NCBI GenBank assembly: GCA_044225365.1
Contig: JBGAIQ010000032.1
Span: forward strand, 1 to 59,403
DNA: 59,403 bases
From: Planctomycetota bacterium
GTDB taxonomy: Bacteria; Planctomycetota; B15-G4; JADJEK01
Direction: 5' to 3'
Notes under the pieces: generated by a model
The model's input: only the letters and a program-made list of their open reading frames with translations
Told to the model about the DNA's origin: nothing
Database searches by the model: none
Program-made: the position numbers and the translations under genes
In this document: positions 19,649-28,649 of the stretch, in pieces
Layout: each line of letters starts with the position of its first letter
How positions within the stretch are numbered: the stretch's first letter is position 1

Positions 19649-21505
19649 ATGGACGCGCCGTCACGCCACAAACCGCTCCTTCCCTTCGCGCTGTTCCTCT
19701 GCGGCGCGATCGGCATCGCATTGCTCGGATTGAGGCTCGTGCGCGCGGAGCGGCAAGGCGCCGAGCGAAGCGCCCGGGAGCGGCTGCGCGCCGAAGCGGG
19801 CGAGAAGGCGCGGCAAATCTCCGACGCCGCCGCATTGCTGGAGAAGCTCGCGCGCAGCGGCGGCGCGGGATCGGCCACGATGGTGAAGGGAGTCTTCACG
19901 ATCCCTCGCGAGCCCGTCGACGCGATTCCCCTCGTCACGATTCCGGGCCGCGACTCCGAGGGGGATTTCCTGCTCGCCGAAGCCGAGAAGAACGAGCGGG
20001 AAGGACGAATGGACCGCGCACGCGGCGAGCTCGCGGCGGCGGCCGGCCCGTCGCGAGATCCCACGATCCGAACCGTGGCGCGCATCCGTCGCGCCGCGAT
20101 GCTGCGCCGCGTCGAAGATCCGCAGGCGGAAGACGCGGCTCGCGAAGCGCTCGCCGAGCTCGCGCAATCGAATCCGGAAGCCCGTTCCCGCAGCCGCGAG
20201 GGGCTCCTCCTGCGATCGCTGCACGAATCGATCCCGGAGGCACGAGACTCCCTGACCGCCGACGTGGCCGCGTTGGTCGGTGGTCCGGACGACGTCTTCG
20301 CCCGCGCGTTGCTGCGTGAACTGAGAGCGAACGCGGCCGACCGGGACGCGGAGCTCGCACTCATCGCTCGCTTGCGCGCCGCGGCTCTCGAGCCGCCGAT
20401 GGGCGAGAGCCGCGCGACGTTCGACGGCTACGAGATGATCGTCGCGGTGAGCGTCGATGCCGACACGCGGCGGTTCGCTCGCACCACGCTCGGCTCCTGG
20501 CTCGATTCGAGCGATGGGACCGGCCTCGTGACCGCGAATGCGCCGCTGCGAACGGATGTTCTCGCGGAGCGCGTGCCGATCGGCGCACTGCTGCCGGACC
20601 TGTCCGTCGAGGCGCGCGCCGGCTTCGAATCCGTGCTCGAGGAAGCCCGCGAACGGACGTGGACGGTCCTCTTTCTACTCGTCCTCGTCGCGCTCGCCGG
20701 CGTCTCGTCCTTCGTGATGTTCGCGCGCGCTGCGCGGCATGAGCGCGATGCCGCCGCGGCGAAGAGCGAGTTCGTGACCCGAGTCGGCCACGATCTCCGC
20801 ACGCCGCTCACGCTGATCCGCATGTACGCGGAGACCATCGCGGAAGGCCGCGTCGGCACCTCGGGCGAGACGCGCGAGTTCGCGGGCATCGTCGCCCGCG
20901 AGTCCGAGCGACTCACGCGCCTGGTCTCGACCGTGCTCGACTTCGCGCGCATCTCCGCGCCGATGGCCGCTGGTTCCACCGCGCGCCGGGTCGTCGATCT
21001 CGTCGAGCTCGTCGACGAGATCGTCATCGCGCATCGACCGCTCGTCGAGCGCGGCGGAATGCGGATCTCGTTCCTCGCGCCGCATACGACGAACGGCGCG
21101 TGTGCCGTCGCGGTCGACGCGGATGCGCTGCGCGGCGCGATCGGCAACCTGATCGAGAACGCGCTCGTGCACGCGGCCGACGGCGGCGCAATCGACCTCC
21201 AGGTGGAAGGCGCACGGGATCTCGTCGAGATCTCCGTGAGCGATCGCGGCCCGGGATTGCCCGAGCGGTCGTTCGAACGCGTTTTCGAGCGCTTCGCGCG
21301 CGGCGACGATGCGAAGGGCAAGGGCACGGGCCTCGGCCTCGCGTTGGTGCGAGAGGTCGCGCGGGCGCACGGCGGCGACGCGGATGCGCGAGCACGCGAG
21401 GGCGGCGGGCTCGTCGTCACGATCCGCCTGCCAAGGTTCACCGATTCCGACGCGAGCGCCCCGAGCGCCCCGAGCAATTCGAATCGCAACGGGAGCCTCT
21501 CGTGA
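19649..21505 (+). CDS. Membrane sensor histidine kinase
   Basis: Two TM helices, H-box GHDLRTPLT, N-box NLIENAL, G1 DRGPG, G2 GTGLGL. Confidence 0.95.
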   Translation: MDAPSRHKPLLPFALFLCGAIGIALLGLRLVRAERQGAERSARERLRAEAGEKARQISDAAALLEKLARSGGAGSATMVKGVFTIPREPVDAIPLVTIPGRDSEGDFLLAEAEKNEREGRMDRARGELAAAAGPSRDPTIRTVARIRRAAMLRRVEDPQAEDAAREALAELAQSNPEARSRSREGLLLRSLHESIPEARDSLTADVAALVGGPDDVFARALLRELRANAADRDAELALIARLRAAALEPPMGESRATFDGYEMIVAVSVDADTRRFARTTLGSWLDSSDGTGLVTANAPLRTDVLAERVPIGALLPDLSVEARAGFESVLEEARERTWTVLFLLVLVALAGVSSFVMFARAARHERDAAAAKSEFVTRVGHDLRTPLTLIRMYAETIAEGRVGTSGETREFAGIVARESERLTRLVSTVLDFARISAPMAAGSTARRVVDLVELVDEIVIAHRPLVERGGMRISFLAPHTTNGACAVAVDADALRGAIGNLIENALVHAADGGAIDLQVEGARDLVEISVSDRGPGLPERSFERVFERFARGDDAKGKGTGLGLALVREVARAHGGDADARAREGGGLVVTIRLPRFTDSDASAPSAPSNSNRNGSLS

Positions 21506-22221
21506 TGACCCGGCGCATCCTGCTCGTCGAGGACGATCCCGACCTGTCGCGCGGCGTGCGCTTCAATCTCGAGCACGAAGGTCACGCCGTCGTCGGCGCC
21601 GCGACGGCGAAGACCGCCCGCTCGCAGCCGATCGCGGACTTCGATCTCGTCGTCCTCGACCTCAATCTCCCCGACGGGGACGGTCTCGACCTGCTGCGCG
21701 ATTGGCGTTCGAGCGGCATCGCCACGCCCGTGCTCTGCCTCACGGCGCGAGCCCAGGAGGCCGACGTAGTGATGGGGCTCGGCCTCGGCGCGGACGACTA
21801 TCTGCGAAAACCCTTCGGCCTCGCCGAGCTGCTTGCGCGAGTCGGCGCGCTCCTGCGACGGCGTCGCGATGCCGCCGCCAGTACCACGGGAGACGGGCGC
21901 GTCCGGATCGGAGACGTCGTCCTCGATCGGAGCGCGCATCGACTGCTGCGCGGCGAGTTGGAGGAGACGCTCACGCCGATCGAGCTGCAGCTCCTCGAGT
22001 ATCTCCTCGCCGCGAACGGCAAGGCCGTCGACCGCGCCGTGCTGCTGAAGGACCTGTGGGGCGTGGACCAGGCGGCGTCGACTCGTACGCTCGACAACCA
22101 CGTGGCTCGCCTGCGCAAGAAGATCGAGCGCGATCCCGGCAATCCGCAGCACCTCGTCACCGTGCATGGCATCGGGTATCGGCTCGATCTCGTTTCGACA
22201 CGGAGCGGTACATCTTGGTGA
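21505..22221 (+). CDS. OmpR/PhoB-family response regulator
   Basis: ILLVEDD, LDLNLPDGDG, GADDYLRKPF, TRTLDNHVARLRKKIE, TVHGIGYR. TGATG overlap with the kinase stop. Confidence 0.96.
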   Translation: MTRRILLVEDDPDLSRGVRFNLEHEGHAVVGAATAKTARSQPIADFDLVVLDLNLPDGDGLDLLRDWRSSGIATPVLCLTARAQEADVVMGLGLGADDYLRKPFGLAELLARVGALLRRRRDAAASTTGDGRVRIGDVVLDRSAHRLLRGELEETLTPIELQLLEYLLAANGKAVDRAVLLKDLWGVDQAASTRTLDNHVARLRKKIERDPGNPQHLVTVHGIGYRLDLVSTRSGTSW

Positions 22222-22298
22222 CGACATCGGGACCGAATGCGGAGTCCGTGCGGCGTTCAATCGGCGCACGAAGACGCTCGACACGAAAGGACTCCTCG

Positions 22299-24851
22299 AT
22301 GCTCCCTTCTCGTTCCACACTCCTCTTCCTCTTCTCCCTCACCATCCCCGGGCTCGCCGCGGGCCAGGCTCCCGCTTCGTCGGCTGCGTCACCTGCGGCG
22401 AATGAAGCGTTCTACCGCGCCTACTATCTCGAGAGCGGCCTGCGCGATTTCGAGAGCGCGATCGCCGCGTACGCCGCGATCGCCGCCGACCCGAAGTCCG
22501 AGAAGGCCGTCGTCGTCGCGGCCGAGATCGGACGCGCGCGCTGTCTGCAGGCGCTCGGGAAGATCGACGACGCCAGGAAGCAGCTCGAAGCCGCGCTCCT
22601 CCTCGATCCGAACAACGCGGAGGCGAAGCGGCTGATCGATGCGAAGGCCAACGACGGCATCGACCCGGAATTGAGGGTTCGGCTCTCCGCTCTCGTCGCG
22701 AAGCTCGGTGGCGCGGAGCGCGAGCAGGCCGCGAGCGACTTGAAGAAGGTCGGCGATCTCAAGCTGCCCTTCCTCGACGCGGGACTGCGAAGCCGCGATG
22801 TCGCCGTCGTGGAGGGCTGTGCCAATGTGCTCGCCGAAGGTGATGAGGAGGCCTTCGCGATTCTCGCCCGCGCACTGCAGGACCCACGCGTCTTGTTCCA
22901 AGCTTCACTGGCATCGATCTTCTTCAAGCTTCCCCACTCGGCCGCGGCATTCTCGGTCTGCGAAGCCGCGCTCGAATCGCAAGAGGTCAAGGTTCGCGTC
23001 GCGGCGGTGCAGTGGACCTTGAGTCCTTCGACGAAGAAGATGGGAATCGACGCCGCGCGGCTCACGAAGTTCCTCTCGCGAGCCGTCGATGATTCCTCCA
23101 TGGAAGTGTCGCGCGCGCTCCGCGACTTCGGGCGGATCGATGATCCAGAAGTGATCGCGCCGATCGCGCCGCGGCTCGCCGCCATGCTCGAGAAGGTGGA
23201 TCCCGAATCGAAGAGGCAAGCGATCCAGAGCGTGCGAGTGGGCTCGAGCGCGGCTCTCGACTCGTTCCTCTGGAAGATGCTCGAGGATCCCGATGATCGG
23301 GTCCGTGAGTTCGCGGTGAACCAAGCGAGGCTGGCGGCCAAGAACAAGCAGTTGTCGGTCGCGGCCGCAATCGAGACACTCGTTCCCCGGCTCTCGGATT
23401 CGAGCGTCGCGGTTTCCAGTGTGGCGATCGGGGGCCTTAACGAGCTCCATGCGGATCTCGACGCGACGGGATTGGCAATGGCGCTCGATCTCTTCGACCG
23501 CAGGACTCGTGTCGAGAACTACGTCGATGGGAACTTGCTGTACCTCATCACCCACGCGAAGAGCGTGTCGGACTCCGACCTCGTCCGAGTCTGGAATCGG
23601 ATCCTCGAGCAACGCGATCGACTGGGAGACGACGTCACGCTCCAATCGCTCTATTCGTTTGCGTCGAACCTAGGCGAAGGCGACGCCAACGACGAGAATC
23701 GCCGGACGCAGTTCCTGCTCGCGCGGTTCGCGGAAGCGAAGGCAGAATTCGTCGAGGGCCTCGTCCTCAAGCTGTTCTCGAAAAACTACCAGTCCGACCC
23801 CCTCACGTCGGCGAAGACGGTGGCCGCCCTCCTCCACTCGCAGCACCCCACGATCCGCCGCGCCGCCTACCGTCGTCCGCCGGAGTCGGCTTCCGGGCAA
23901 GTCTTGTGGGAACCGTTCTCGGATCCGATCGTGATCGAGCACACGAACGAGGATCTCCTGGCTGTGGACCCCCTGATTTCGGGCAGCGCTCTTTATTTCG
24001 CCGATTGGCAAGCGGGACCTCAATTCGCGCCGTCCGTGACGAAGTGGATCGCCGACAAGCGATCTCTGAACGCTGCGCAGCTCGGTTTCGTCGCCCGCTG
24101 CATCGGTCGCGACGCCCTTCCGATTCTCCGTGAGGAGCTCCAGGGCAAGATCGACATCTGGAGCATCGCGTGCTTCCATCTGCTGCGGCTGACCGGAGAG
24201 GAATCGATCCCCGCCATCCTCGCGAGCCTGGGCAGCGACCCGGAGAGGCTGACTGCTTTGCTCGATAGGTTCTCTGGGCTGCTGCGAAGCGACAAACTCA
24301 TCGCCTTGCCGGCCGTCGAGAAGTTCATTTCGACGAGTCCCATCGAGGTATGGTCGAGCGCGATGTTGGTCCATCCTGCATTGCTGACCGAGGTCTTCCC
24401 GCCTCTCGTCACGCGCGCCCTCGATTCGGCCGATGCACAGGTGCGATCCCAGGGCTGCAGTCTCGCCGCGAACTGGCGACTCGAAGGAGTCGAGCCGCGG
24501 CTCGTCGTGCTCCTCGACGATCCCAATGCCGGCGTAGCGGCCGGCGCCGAGCGCGCGCTCGATGCGATCCGCGCCAAGCGCGAAGCCCGCACCGCCGCGA
24601 AGCTCGCGACCTCGTTCGATCGATCGAAGACGATCGACGAAGCGCGAGCGCTGCTCTCGAGCGACGATCCCGTGAAACGCCGCGGCGGCGCGCTCGCGCT
24701 CGGCGCGCTCGGCGACGTCGCCGCGCTGCCCGCTCTGCTGAAGCTCCTCGACGACAAGGACCCGCAGGTGCGCGAGGCCGCGCTCACCGCGATGTCGAAG
24801 CTCGACGGAAGCCCCCACGCGCCAAGCTCCCCTCCGACGAAAGACGGTTGA
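22299..24851 (+). CDS. Exported TPR plus HEAT-repeat protein
   Basis: RBS AAAGGA, signal peptide, N-terminal TPR, HEAT repeats (LEDPDDRVRE, LLDDPNAGVA, LLDDKDPQVREAA). Confidence 0.85.
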   Translation: MLPSRSTLLFLFSLTIPGLAAGQAPASSAASPAANEAFYRAYYLESGLRDFESAIAAYAAIAADPKSEKAVVVAAEIGRARCLQALGKIDDARKQLEAALLLDPNNAEAKRLIDAKANDGIDPELRVRLSALVAKLGGAEREQAASDLKKVGDLKLPFLDAGLRSRDVAVVEGCANVLAEGDEEAFAILARALQDPRVLFQASLASIFFKLPHSAAAFSVCEAALESQEVKVRVAAVQWTLSPSTKKMGIDAARLTKFLSRAVDDSSMEVSRALRDFGRIDDPEVIAPIAPRLAAMLEKVDPESKRQAIQSVRVGSSAALDSFLWKMLEDPDDRVREFAVNQARLAAKNKQLSVAAAIETLVPRLSDSSVAVSSVAIGGLNELHADLDATGLAMALDLFDRRTRVENYVDGNLLYLITHAKSVSDSDLVRVWNRILEQRDRLGDDVTLQSLYSFASNLGEGDANDENRRTQFLLARFAEAKAEFVEGLVLKLFSKNYQSDPLTSAKTVAALLHSQHPTIRRAAYRRPPESASGQVLWEPFSDPIVIEHTNEDLLAVDPLISGSALYFADWQAGPQFAPSVTKWIADKRSLNAAQLGFVARCIGRDALPILREELQGKIDIWSIACFHLLRLTGEESIPAILASLGSDPERLTALLDRFSGLLRSDKLIALPAVEKFISTSPIEVWSSAMLVHPALLTEVFPPLVTRALDSADAQVRSQGCSLAANWRLEGVEPRLVVLLDDPNAGVAAGAERALDAIRAKREARTAAKLATSFDRSKTIDEARALLSSDDPVKRRGGALALGALGDVAALPALLKLLDDKDPQVREAALTAMSKLDGSPHAPSSPPTKDG

Positions 24852-24858
24852 TCGAGTA

Positions 24859-25075
24859 GGACCGCCACGCTCCAGCGTGGCATGCGGACCGCCACGCTCC
24901 AGCGTGGCATGCGGACCGCCACGCTCCAGCGTGGCATGCGGACCGCCACGCTTCAGCGTGGCATTCCTATTCCCATACCCATATGCCGGGCAGAGCCCGG
25001 CGCTCCCAGGACCGCCACGCTCCAGCGTGGCATCCTTTTTCCCATACCCATATGCCGGGCGGAGCCCGGCGCTCC
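24859..25075. repeat. REP/BIME-like cluster 2 (four tandem 27-bp units plus 3 more units)
   Basis: GGACCGCCACGCTCCAGCGTGGCATGC starting at 24859, 24886, 24913 and 24940, then alternating inverted GCCGGGC-type units. Confidence 0.95.
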
Positions 25076-25079
25076 ACCA

Positions 25080-26393
25080 TCAATTCCGTCGCCGTAGGAA
25101 CGCCGCGTAGATCAAGCATCCCGCGGCCACGAACAGCAGTCCGAACTTCGCCTCATCCCATTGAGTGAGCAGCATCCCGATCGTCACCGTGATCGCGAGT
25201 GCGGCGAAGATCGCGGGGACGATCGGGTAGCCGAGGCCGACGTCGCGCCGATCCATCTTCTTCACGAGTGCGAACAACGCGAGCGCGTTCAGCGAGAAGA
25301 ACATCCAATCCGCGAACGCGACGTAGTCCGTGAGCGCGCCGACGCTCTTCATCATGCAGAACGCGATCGCCACGAACGCCTGCACCACGATGGCCATGAC
25401 GGGCGTCCGAAAGCGCTGCGAGATGCTCGCGAAGCCCTTCGGCATCATCCCGTCCTCCGCCATCGCGAAGTAGATCCGAGGCAGCGACAGCAAGAGCCCG
25501 TTCACGATCCCGAACGCGGAGAGCAGGATGAGCAGCGCGGCGACATCTCCCGCGCGCGACCCGAGTGCGTGCTCGAGCACGTCGGCGGCGGGCGTCTTCG
25601 CGGCGAGCAACTCCGGCACCGTGAGGACGTGGACGAAGGCGTAGTTCGCGAGCAGATACAGGATCGCGACGCCGATGACGCCCTGAACGATCGCCGGCAC
25701 GAGATCCTTCTCCGCCGATTTCATCTCGCCCGCGACGTTCGACAGGTTTTGCCACCCGCCGAATGTGAAGAGCACTCCGGACATCGCCGCCGCGAGGCCC
25801 GCGATCGTGGACGGCGGCACATGCGTGGGCTCGACCGCGAAGGTGATCGGGACGTTGCCCCGCATCACGCCGGCAACGATCAACGCCGTGAGCGAGAGGA
25901 TCTTCATCACCGTGAAGACGTTCTGCACCCGACTGCCGGAGCGCACGCCCGTCACGTTGATCACCATCAGGACGAAGATCGTGAGCTGCGCAACGACGAT
26001 GCGAGTGTTTTCCGAGACGTCCTCATGCAGGAAGCGCGCCAGGTAGTCGACGAAGAGCAGACCCACGACGGCCGTCGCACCGGAACCGATCGCGACGAGG
26101 ATCATCCAGCCATACAAGAAGGCGGAGAGCCGTCCGAAGGCCTCGCGGAGGTAGACGTAGGGACCGCCCGTCTTGGGGACGAGCCGTCCGAGTGCGGCAT
26201 AGGTGAACGCGCCGGTCAGCGCGAGTACCGAGCCCAACGCCCATGCGACGAGCGACCAGCCCGCGCTCCCGGTTTCGCGGACGGTCTTCTGCGGATTGAA
26301 GAAGATGCCGATGCCGATGATCGTGCCCATCACGATCATCGTCGCGTCGAATCGCGTGAGGCTCTGTTGGAGCTTCGTCTCTTCGCTGCTCAT
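25080..26393 (-). CDS. APC-family amino acid permease
   Basis: GTIIGIGIFFNP, PKTGGPYVYLREAFG, FTFGGWQ, GEMK, and about 12 hydrophobic segments. Confidence 0.93.
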   Translation of the reverse strand: MSSEETKLQQSLTRFDATMIVMGTIIGIGIFFNPQKTVRETGSAGWSLVAWALGSVLALTGAFTYAALGRLVPKTGGPYVYLREAFGRLSAFLYGWMILVAIGSGATAVVGLLFVDYLARFLHEDVSENTRIVVAQLTIFVLMVINVTGVRSGSRVQNVFTVMKILSLTALIVAGVMRGNVPITFAVEPTHVPPSTIAGLAAAMSGVLFTFGGWQNLSNVAGEMKSAEKDLVPAIVQGVIGVAILYLLANYAFVHVLTVPELLAAKTPAADVLEHALGSRAGDVAALLILLSAFGIVNGLLLSLPRIYFAMAEDGMMPKGFASISQRFRTPVMAIVVQAFVAIAFCMMKSVGALTDYVAFADWMFFSLNALALFALVKKMDRRDVGLGYPIVPAIFAALAITVTIGMLLTQWDEAKFGLLFVAAGCLIYAAFLRRRN

Positions 26394-26586
26394 CGACCTC
26401 TCCGATTCGAAGGAAGAACTCTCGCCCGCCGCCAGGGAGGCGCGAGGCCGACAGCGTAGGGAGCGGTCGTGCTTTTCGCACGAAACTGAAAACGGCGCGT
26501 GACGCGGCGCGGGTTCCAACGCTGTTTCTTGTGCATTCTCTCCGGTCCCTCGATCCACACGCGTCTTCTTCCCACGAGGTCCTCCC

Positions 26587-27714
26587 ATGAATTCACAAAG
26601 ATCCCCGCGACGCGCGCTCGCGCGTACGGCATCGATGGCAGCGCTCCTGCTTCTCTCCGCACCCGCCTTCGGCGCCATCAGCACGACGGTCTCGCCGCCG
26701 CGCGCTCGAACCCTGACGCTCGCAACGAGCGCCGACGGGCCTCACTCCCCCACGGGATTGCGCGGGGTCTACTACTCGTTCGTGCTGAACGAAGAGGGAA
26801 ACTACGACTGCGTCGGCTGGTTCGAGGTGGGAGAGGAAGAGGGCGGCGAACTCCCGATCACCGGCGGCACGGGTGGCGGTGGATACATCATCCCGGATTC
26901 CCTCGACCCGAGTCACTACGAGGCGCACTTCGACGCTCTCGCGCCGTACACGATCGATCTCGACTTCGGTTCGGCGAGCGGCTGTTTCGAATTCAGCTTC
27001 GGCGGCCAGAGCGGCAAGCTCGTGCCGTACGGCGAGCCCGGCGACTCCATTCCTCCTCCTCTCCCCGACCCCGGCCCCGGATGGGGACATCACGGACGGG
27101 GAATGACGTTCTGGGTCGACGTCACCGGATTCCCGTGGGTGTACGACGTCGACTACATCCAGTTCTCTCGGATCAGCCTCACGTTCGAGATGACGGATGG
27201 ATCGAGTCCCCCCCAGGTGAGTCCCGCCTCGAGCGACCCCGTTCCCGCGACGGGCAACGGCGGATTCAAGACCCATGACCCGGTGACGGGGCAAGGCATG
27301 GAACTCATGGACGGTTCCACGATGTACGTCGATTCGGGCTCTCCCGGTGAACCCCGCTACATCGCGGCGGGCGGCTGGGGGACCACCAATGGCGGCGTGG
27401 TCTCGATGATCGACGAGCCAGGCTATCCCGAGGAAGATCTGAAGGCCGAGGTCGCGGACCTCCAGGCTGGCCTGCCTGCGCCGTGGCACATCACGTCGGC
27501 GTCGATGTACATCACGTTCTCGACCTACCTCATCGTCAACGACAACATCGTCTATGTCTGGCACACGCGCTACAGCTCGTTCCTCAACGCCGATACCGGC
27601 GAGTTCTACGAGACCTGTGAGCTCATCGACGAAGGCCCGGCCTCCTCGATGACGCCGAGCGAGAGCGCGGCGCTCAGCAACTTCCAAGCAGGGGGATTCT
27701 CCGGCGCGCCCTGA
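26587..27714 (+). CDS. Hypothetical exported acidic Gly/Pro-rich protein
   Basis: Signal-like ALLLLSAPAFG and host-like codon usage. No family recognised. Confidence 0.75.
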   Translation: MNSQRSPRRALARTASMAALLLLSAPAFGAISTTVSPPRARTLTLATSADGPHSPTGLRGVYYSFVLNEEGNYDCVGWFEVGEEEGGELPITGGTGGGGYIIPDSLDPSHYEAHFDALAPYTIDLDFGSASGCFEFSFGGQSGKLVPYGEPGDSIPPPLPDPGPGWGHHGRGMTFWVDVTGFPWVYDVDYIQFSRISLTFEMTDGSSPPQVSPASSDPVPATGNGGFKTHDPVTGQGMELMDGSTMYVDSGSPGEPRYIAAGGWGTTNGGVVSMIDEPGYPEEDLKAEVADLQAGLPAPWHITSASMYITFSTYLIVNDNIVYVWHTRYSSFLNADTGEFYETCELIDEGPASSMTPSESAALSNFQAGGFSGAP

Positions 27715-27840
27715 TCGTCGAGCGATCGGCGCACGCTGTTCGGCCGCGGGAGGCATCGCCCTTCCGCGGCCGATTCGTTTTCGATGTCTCCGCTAACTCA
27801 CAAGTCGGCGCAAGACTCTCTTCGGGGAAAGGAGACTCCC

Positions 27841-28545
27841 ATGTCGATCCCACGAAGATTCCTCCCACTCGTCGTCATCGCCTTCGCGCTGTTGTCGGGT
27901 GGCGGTGCGACGGCCGTATTCGCGCTGCGCGGCCCGCCGACGCTGTGCTTTCCATTCGAGATCGGAGATGCCAAGACGCTGCCCGATGCGGGCGAACGCG
28001 ACAAGCTCGGCGACACGCCGCTTCAAAAGGCCGCGATCGAAGTGCTCGATGCGAATCGCGACGCCGTCGTCCACATGGACACGCTGCGACGCGCATTCTT
28101 CATCGCGAAGGACCCGGCCGAGCGACTCTCGCTCCTCTCCGCGCTCGAGCGCCGCGTGCTCGAGCACGAGACCACCGAGCCCGCGCACTCCGCCCACGAC
28201 CTCGCGCTCTCGTGGTTCGATCTTGGCTACTGGCGGCGAGCGATCGATCAGGGGATGAACTACGAGCGGGGCTCGGCATTCCGATACGTCGACAAGGCGC
28301 TCCGCATCGACCCGGACGATGCGGGTCTTCGCCTCGGCGCGATGAATTGCGACTTCGACGACTCCGCACGACGCGAGCTCTTCTACGCCGATATCGTCGC
28401 CGCGCATCGTCTACTGTCCGACGAGACGACGCTGACCGCGCGCAATTTCAAAGCGATCGTCGAGCGCTTCGCACCCGAACTCATGAAAGACGGCTACGCG
28501 CATCTTGGTGAGCGCGCAGCCGTCCATGTCTCGAAGCGAGAGTAG
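27841..28545 (+). CDS. Hypothetical exported helical protein
   Basis: RBS AAGGAG before ATG 27841, hydrophobic N-terminus, GPPTLCFPFEIG motif. Confidence 0.75.
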   Translation: MSIPRRFLPLVVIAFALLSGGGATAVFALRGPPTLCFPFEIGDAKTLPDAGERDKLGDTPLQKAAIEVLDANRDAVVHMDTLRRAFFIAKDPAERLSLLSALERRVLEHETTEPAHSAHDLALSWFDLGYWRRAIDQGMNYERGSAFRYVDKALRIDPDDAGLRLGAMNCDFDDSARRELFYADIVAAHRLLSDETTLTARNFKAIVERFAPELMKDGYAHLGERAAVHVSKRE

Positions 28546-28553
28546 GGGAAGAA

Positions 28554-28641
28554 GGATGCCACGCTGGAGCGTGGCGGTCCGCATGCCACGCTGGAGCGTG
28601 GCGGTCCGGTCGGAGCGCCGGGCTCTGCCCGGCATATGGGT
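28554..28641. repeat. REP/BIME-like cluster 3
   Basis: Two copies of ATGCCACGCTGGAGCGTGGCGGTCC plus GCCGGGCTCTGCCCGGCATATGGGT, between convergent genes. Confidence 0.9.
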
Positions 28642-28649
28642 GATGTCGA

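Noticed and set aside
21309-22298. N-terminal extensions of track ORFs (21309, 10741, 30460, 40151, 54503 and others)
   Set aside because: They overlap neighbouring genes or promoters. Downstream starts with an RBS or signal peptide fit better.
24859-25075. CRISPR array
   Set aside because: The repeats are directly adjacent with no unique spacers, the same unit is scattered at other intergenic sites, and no cas genes are present.
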